NCBI RefSeq assembly: GCF_000020225.1
Contig: NC_010655.1
Span: forward strand, 900,001 to 932,000
Direction: 5' to 3'
Length of the DNA: 32,000 nucleotides
Source of the DNA: Akkermansia muciniphila ATCC BAA-835
GTDB taxonomy: Bacteria > Verrucomicrobiota > Verrucomicrobiia > Verrucomicrobiales > Akkermansiaceae
The notes under the pieces: model-generated
Told to the model about the DNA's origin: nothing
The model's input: the letters and a program-made list of their open reading frames with translations, nothing else
The model's database searches: none
Part shown: piece by piece, positions 27,172 through 32,000 of the stretch
Position numbering within the stretch: position 1 is the stretch's first letter
How the letters are laid out: every line of letters starts with the position of its first letter
Translations under genes and position numbers: made by a program

Positions 27172-28473
27172 TTAACGAATAGCTTCCAAAGCCTGTTTGA
27201 GGTCCGCAATAATGTCTTCCGCAGCTTCCGTCCCTACGGAAAACCGGATGAGGTCAGGCCGTACGCCCGCCTCCATGAGCTGCTCATCCGTCAACTGGCG
27301 GTGCGTATGGCTGGCGGGATGGAGAACGCAGGTACGGGAGTCCGCCACATGGGTCACGATGGCGGCCAGCTTCAAACTGTCCATGAACTTGATGGAACGT
27401 TCACGGCCTCCCTTAATGCCGAAGGTTACCACACCACAAGATTGGCCACCGCGGAATTGCTTCTGCGCCAATTCATAATACTCATTGGAAGAAAGACCCG
27501 GATAATTAATCCAGGCAACATCTTCCTGCCCTTGCAGGAATTCCGCCACTTTCTGCGCATTTTCACAATGCCGCGGCACACGCAGGTGGAGGGTTTCCAA
27601 ACCCAAATTGAGCAAAAAGGCATTCTGCGGAGATTGGATGGAACCCAGATCGCGCATGAGCTGGACGGTCGCCTTGGTAATATAGGCTCCCTTGCCGAAG
27701 CTTTTGCTGTAGGAGAGCCCGTGATAGGAGGGATCCGGTTCCGTCAAACCCGGGAATTTATCCTTGTGCGCTTCCCAGTCAAAGTTGCCGCTGTCCACAA
27801 TCACGCCGCCCACGGCGGCGGCATGGCCGTCCATGTACTTGGTGGTGGAGTGGGTGACGATATCCGCACCCCATTCAAAAGGACGGCAATTAATGGGTGT
27901 GGCAAAGGTATTGTCCACAATGAGGGGAACGCCGTGCGCATGGGCAATATCCGCCATTTTACGGATATCCAGCACGCAAAGCGTGGGATTGGAAATAGTC
28001 TCCGCAAAGAAAGCTTTCGTATTGGGGCGGAACGCTTTGGCGATTTCCTCCGCCGGAGCGTCCTGGTCCACGAAAGTAACTTCAATGCCCATTTTCCGGA
28101 ATGTGACGGCAAAGAGGTTGTATGTGCCCCCGTAAATCGCCGAAGCACTGACGATATGATCCCCAGCCTCGCAAATATTGAAAATGGCAAAGAAGGAAGC
28201 CGCCTGGCCGGAAGACGTCAGAATGGCGGCCACACCGCCCTCCAGTTCGGCAATTTTTCTGGCAACCGCCTCATTGGTGGGGTTCTGGAGGCGTGTATAA
28301 AAGAATCCGGCTTCTTCCAGATCAAACAATTTTGCCATTTGTTCGCTGGTCTCGTACTTGAACGTCGTGCTCTGGTAAATGGGCAATACGCGGGGTTCGC
28401 CCTTTTTAGGCGCCCAGCCCGCCTGCACGCACAGGGTCTCCGGTCTCAATTCCTGATTCATCATGCGGGGCAT
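27172..28473 (-). CDS. metY: O-acetylhomoserine sulfhydrylase / aminocarboxypropyltransferase (PLP-dependent, Cys/Met metabolism family)
   Basis: ETLCVQAGW...PIYQSTTFKY...FFYTRLQNPT...HSTTKYMDGH (PLP-lysine motif) is collinear with MetY/MetZ-type enzymes. The track ORF starts at the TTG at 28605. The ATG at 28473 (MPRMMNQELRPETL) is preceded by AGGAGG. ATGs at 28464 and 28461 are alternatives. Confidence 0.9.
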   Translation of the reverse strand: MPRMMNQELRPETLCVQAGWAPKKGEPRVLPIYQSTTFKYETSEQMAKLFDLEEAGFFYTRLQNPTNEAVARKIAELEGGVAAILTSSGQAASFFAIFNICEAGDHIVSASAIYGGTYNLFAVTFRKMGIEVTFVDQDAPAEEIAKAFRPNTKAFFAETISNPTLCVLDIRKMADIAHAHGVPLIVDNTFATPINCRPFEWGADIVTHSTTKYMDGHAAAVGGVIVDSGNFDWEAHKDKFPGLTEPDPSYHGLSYSKSFGKGAYITKATVQLMRDLGSIQSPQNAFLLNLGLETLHLRVPRHCENAQKVAEFLQGQEDVAWINYPGLSSNEYYELAQKQFRGGQSCGVVTFGIKGGRERSIKFMDSLKLAAIVTHVADSRTCVLHPASHTHRQLTDEQLMEAGVRPDLIRFSVGTEAAEDIIADLKQALEAIR

Positions 28474-28572
28474 GCTATGCGATGCCTCCTGCCTTGTAAA
28501 GCAGGGAAAACCAGACGTATGGACAAATTCGCCCCTGCCCCCGCCGAAGCACACTCCCGGTTTTTTCCCAGT

Positions 28573-28620
28573 ATAAAACCCCTGTTCCCGGCAAATCAAC
28601 CGCAAGGACAGGGGCGTTTT
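28573..28620 (-). terminator. Terminator-like hairpin between the radical-SAM pair and metY (terminator or attenuator element)
   Basis: CCCCTGT(t)CC ... GG-ACAGGGG pairs 28579-28588 with 28606-28614 (about 17-nt loop). On the minus strand it is followed by TTTTATAC; on the plus strand by CGTTTT. Confidence 0.4.
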
Positions 28621-28721
28621 ACCTGCGCGCGGGATACCCTACGATCGAATGAAACGGCAATTCCTCCGATACCTCTTTCCCGGAACCAACCGTTCCCCGG
28701 TGAATAAAGCCGGGCATCTCA

Positions 28722-29969
28722 CTACTTGATTTCCGGCAAAGGGGTGGAAATTTCCTCTTCCGTCAGATAGCAGCCGGGATCGGACCCGTACCAGTGTCCG
28801 TTGGCAAACGCGGCACGGGTGCGGAAGCCTCCGCCGCACAGGGCGAAGTGAACGCAGCGGCCGCAACGGCCTTCAATCTTCTTCTGCCGTTCCAGAGGAT
28901 CGTCGGAACCGCGCAGCTCAGGCAACATTTCCGCTGCAGCTCCGGCCCTGGCATCCCATAAATCGGAAAACCGGTCACTTTTCACATTGCCCAGAGTAAC
29001 GGATTGCCAGAACTGGTCCGGATGCACGGCACCCTGTGTGTCAATATTGGCGATGCCCCGGCCGGAACTGTTCGCGCCGCCGCCATTCCATTGAAGCAGG
29101 CCGAGGGTTTCCTTCGCCAGAGGGGAGCCTTCCCGGAGCTGACGCAGAAGCAGGTAAATTCCGTCCGCAGGCTGGGTTACAGTCAGCACTTCACGGTTTT
29201 TTCCCTCCGCTTTCCATTCCTCTACACGGGCAATCAGCGTATCCATGGCATTCCTTGCTTCCTCCTGAGTCAGGGTCTGCACTTCCACGCCGCGGCCAGT
29301 GGGGACCAGATGGTAAAAACAGACGCGCTGGATGTCGTTGGCGTCAATAAAATCCAAAATCTGGCCCATGCACTGCACATTGTTGCGGGTCAGCGTCAGG
29401 CGCAGGCCTGTCTTTTGCCCCACTTCACTGCAAAGCCTGAATCCGCGCACCGCCTGCTCAAAAGAACCTTCCACACCGCGGAATTTGTCATGAACGGCGC
29501 CAATGCCGTCCAGGGAAATGCCTACGTACGCCACGCCCAATTCCTTGAACCGCGCTGCAGCTTCCGGCGTAATACGGGTGCCGTTTGTGGAAATGGTCAC
29601 CTTCAGCCCTTTTCCAGTGGCACGTTCCAGCAGTTCCATAAAGCGCGGATGCACCAGCGGCTCCCCTCCGGAAAAAAGTAGGGCATTCACCTTGTAGTCC
29701 GCCAGATCATCAATGACCGCGCAACACTGGTCCCAATCCAGCTCTCCCTTAAATTTCCGGGCAGAGGCGTCTGCATAACAATGCACGCATTTGAGATTGC
29801 AGGTACGCGTAATATTCCACACCACAATGGGCTTGCGCGCACGGGACGAAGCCGGTGCACAGGATTCCACGGCGCCCCCTGCAAAACGACCGTGCCCGTG
29901 GCCCTGTCCGTATCTCAAATGGTCCGCGGGCTGTTCCGCCCCTGTCCAAAGTCTGGTAATATTAATCAT
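28722..29969 (-). CDS. Radical SAM / SPASM-domain enzyme of the NirJ/AhbC/AhbD family
   Basis: 415 aa. The N-terminus MINITRLWTG...LRYGQGHGHG resembles NirJ/Ahb-type N-termini. The radical SAM cluster motif is TRTCNLKCVHC (CxxxCxxC). The C-terminal Cys-rich SPASM-like region is GRCGRCVHFALCGGGFRTRA. Confidence 0.8.
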   Translation of the reverse strand: MINITRLWTGAEQPADHLRYGQGHGHGRFAGGAVESCAPASSRARKPIVVWNITRTCNLKCVHCYADASARKFKGELDWDQCCAVIDDLADYKVNALLFSGGEPLVHPRFMELLERATGKGLKVTISTNGTRITPEAAARFKELGVAYVGISLDGIGAVHDKFRGVEGSFEQAVRGFRLCSEVGQKTGLRLTLTRNNVQCMGQILDFIDANDIQRVCFYHLVPTGRGVEVQTLTQEEARNAMDTLIARVEEWKAEGKNREVLTVTQPADGIYLLLRQLREGSPLAKETLGLLQWNGGGANSSGRGIANIDTQGAVHPDQFWQSVTLGNVKSDRFSDLWDARAGAAAEMLPELRGSDDPLERQKKIEGRCGRCVHFALCGGGFRTRAAFANGHWYGSDPGCYLTEEEISTPLPEIK

Positions 29970-31023
29970 GGTGTTGTGAAAGCCTGGGCTGATAAGGGCA
30001 AAGGTTGTCTTCCGCCATCATGTCTCCGTAAACGGCATAAGCGCGAGACCGGGACCCTCCGCAGATGGTACGGTACTCACACCGTCCGCATTTGCCCTGC
30101 AACGCATTGTCATCCCGGAGTTTGAGGAAAAGGGGGTGCGTGCGGTAGATTTCTCCAGGGTCATCCGTCCGGACGTTTCCTGCCGTTATGGGGAGAAAAC
30201 CGGAGGGCTGTATTTCCCCGGTATGAGAAATAAACATAATGCCCTTGCCGTCCCGGGTGGGAATGGCGCGGCGAGCAGGCTTGCTTCCCTGAGCACGGGC
30301 TTCCTGAAGCGCCACGCGGCGATAATGGTGCCCTTCCGTCGTTTTGACGCCGAAAGAAACCTCATGGCTTATCCTGCTCAGTTTTTTCCAGACGGCTTCC
30401 ACGTCTTCCGCCGCAGGCATCTCATCCATAGCGGCGCGGCCTGTGGGCACCAGAAGAAACACGCTCCACATGCCCGGTTTCATTTTTTTCACCAGCTCCA
30501 CAAAGTCGTCAAATTCTCCCAGCGTGCTCCTGGTAATGGTGGTGTTGATTTGCAAGTGCATGCCGGCTTCCTTCGCCATTTCCGCAGCCCGGAGAGTCCG
30601 TTCATATGTGTGGGGGACACCGCGGAAGGCGTCATGGGTACTTTCATGCGCACCGTCCAGGCTCAATGACATGCTCTGAACCCCAGCTTCTTTCAACGCA
30701 TGGAAATCCGTGTGCAACAGCCGGGCGGTAGCAGCAGGGCTCAATGCTACATGCAGCCCCTTGCCGGAAGCCGCACGGACCAATTCCAGAATATCCGGCC
30801 TCATGACCGGGTCTCCGCCTGTCAACACCAGCATGGGAGGCCGCAGTTCCGCCAACTGGTCAATCAGGCGCAATGCCTCCTCATGAGTCAATTCATCCGG
30901 GTGGGGACGCGGCTGGGCGACGGCGCGGCAATGTCTGCACGCAAGCGCGCAAGCGCGCGTCACTTCCCAGAAGACCAGGAAAGGGCGTTCATTGAGATCT
31001 GTTTCACTAAAAACCGGGCGCAT
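29962..31023 (-). CDS. Radical SAM / SPASM-domain enzyme (NirJ/AhbD-like)
   Basis: 353 aa. FLVFWEVTRACALACRHCRA carries the CxxxCxxC motif. The C-terminal SPASM-like region is GKCGRCEYRTICGGSRSRAY. The stop TAA (29964-29962) overlaps the downstream ATG (29969-29967) within ATGATTAA, an 8-nt overlap. Confidence 0.8.
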   Translation of the reverse strand: MRPVFSETDLNERPFLVFWEVTRACALACRHCRAVAQPRPHPDELTHEEALRLIDQLAELRPPMLVLTGGDPVMRPDILELVRAASGKGLHVALSPAATARLLHTDFHALKEAGVQSMSLSLDGAHESTHDAFRGVPHTYERTLRAAEMAKEAGMHLQINTTITRSTLGEFDDFVELVKKMKPGMWSVFLLVPTGRAAMDEMPAAEDVEAVWKKLSRISHEVSFGVKTTEGHHYRRVALQEARAQGSKPARRAIPTRDGKGIMFISHTGEIQPSGFLPITAGNVRTDDPGEIYRTHPLFLKLRDDNALQGKCGRCEYRTICGGSRSRAYAVYGDMMAEDNLCPYQPRLSQHHD

Positions 31024-31094
31024 TTTTCAGGACAGCCAATTTAGAACAATTATAATTTTTTGACCAGCCCAAAAGGACGCATCCTTTAAAAAGT

Positions 31095-31913
31095 TCACTT
31101 AGCCGCCTCTTCACGGATTTTTTGAACTTCCTTAGGCAGTTCGGAAAGGGAATTCAGAGCTTCCTTCAGGTTCCTGGAAGCATCCGGAGAAAGCATGATG
31201 GCCGTTACATGCTTGACAATGGGCTGCATCATTTCCACAAGCTGCTGCTGCACTCCCATCAGCTTGGCCTGCTGGTTGCGGGTGAGAGGCGGCAGGGCAG
31301 CCTGTTTCCTGGCAACGTCCAGCATAGCCGCCCGGTAGCGACCTATCTGTTCCACAGCAGCCTTGCCGGTTTCTTCATCTCTTACCCTGGCCAGAGAGTC
31401 GTTAAGCTTTTTTACTTCCTCCACAGTTTTGGTTAGCAGGGTTTCATGCGTGTTGCCCTCCGCATCCTCCTGGAACGGCTCCGCCTGCTCAGCCTTATCC
31501 CGGGAAGCCTGCGCCAGCTCCTTCTGAACAGACTGTAAATCCGCCAGGGCCTTTTGCAAATCGGGCGTAAGCAGACCTTCCTTCTTCAAACGGGACAGAG
31601 ATTTTATCAATTCACCTGAAATTTTCTGTGCTTCCGTCATCTGGGCGGAAACCTGAGCCTGCTCCTGAAGCGTGGCACCAGGAAGTTCCAGCTGTCTTTT
31701 CCCAATGTCCAGCAGCTTTTTATGAACTTTTTTAACCGTTTCCACAGCAGCGGCCGCTCCAGGTTCATCCGTTACCTTGTCCAGAGCCGCTGCGATTTCA
31801 TGCATGCTGGCAACGCTCTGCCTGGTCAGGGAAAGATGGGAGTCCTGGGCAAATGCGGAGGCTGTTATGCAAACGGCAGTGCCCAGGCTGATGGAAGCAA
31901 CAATTTTATTCAT
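31095..31913 (-). CDS. Secreted all-helical protein with an internal duplication; function unknown
   Basis: The track ORF starts at the TTG at 31967. The ATG at 31913 gives signal peptide MNKIVASISLGTAVCITASAFAQ. The rest is Ala/Glu/Lys/Gln/Leu-rich helical sequence in two related halves. Confidence 0.7.
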   Translation of the reverse strand: MNKIVASISLGTAVCITASAFAQDSHLSLTRQSVASMHEIAAALDKVTDEPGAAAAVETVKKVHKKLLDIGKRQLELPGATLQEQAQVSAQMTEAQKISGELIKSLSRLKKEGLLTPDLQKALADLQSVQKELAQASRDKAEQAEPFQEDAEGNTHETLLTKTVEEVKKLNDSLARVRDEETGKAAVEQIGRYRAAMLDVARKQAALPPLTRNQQAKLMGVQQQLVEMMQPIVKHVTAIMLSPDASRNLKEALNSLSELPKEVQKIREEAAK

Positions 31914-32000
31914 GATACGGAAGCCTTTCCGGTATGGAAGAATACGTTTTCCTCCTTTCCCCGTCAATGGCGGCTATTGTCAAGACCACTATATGAAAAA

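Noticed and set aside
27301-28707. 468-aa plus-strand ORF, one of the longest in the track
   Set aside because: It lies antisense to metY, whose translation is unmistakable (PLP-lysine motif, full-length collinearity). The plus-strand product is Arg/Gly/His-rich with no recognisable motif. This is a typical shadow ORF in GC-rich coding DNA.

Overview
The window looks like a chromosomal segment of an Akkermansia-like (Verrucomicrobiota) genome. This is an inference from a PEP-CTERM protein, a secreted GH35 beta-galactosidase and mid-50s %GC coding regions. I support about 30 protein genes, 2 tRNAs (Tyr-GTA, Asn-GTT) and several intrinsic terminators. I saw no CRISPR array, transposase or integrase.

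Most genes are housekeeping or envelope functions: an SLC13 permease (edge-truncated and missing from the ORF track), BFN nuclease, gamma-CA-like protein, nitroreductase, GH35, acyltransferase-3, an MFS (major facilitator) transporter, thioesterase, an SDR (short-chain dehydrogenase/reductase), alginate-lyase-like protein, leuB, rhomboid, comM and metY.

The most interesting locus is a visibly AT-richer islet (about 17.04-20.93 kb) next to tRNA-Asn. It carries a tight four-gene minus-strand cassette:
- a 69-aa ORF;
- a PP-loop PAPS-reductase/IbrA-like ATPase, joined to the 69-aa ORF by a GTGA overlap;
- a ParB/Srx IbrB-like protein, joined by an ATGA overlap;
- a 64-aa HTH-like protein, 16 nt further on.
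A secreted thermonuclease gene sits beside the cassette. No biochemical function is established for this gene pair. I propose it as a candidate nucleic-acid modification, conflict or regulatory module.

Other points worth a second look:
- gpmA and ldhA form one in-frame ORF that depends on the length of an A8 homopolymer;
- two overlapping radical-SAM/SPASM genes of the NirJ/AhbC/AhbD type sit upstream of metY;
- metY has a long structured leader;
- there are several unexplained non-coding gaps and repeat motifs.

Many track ORFs start at far-upstream GTG/TTG codons. I trimmed these to the ATG that fits the recognisable protein N-terminus.
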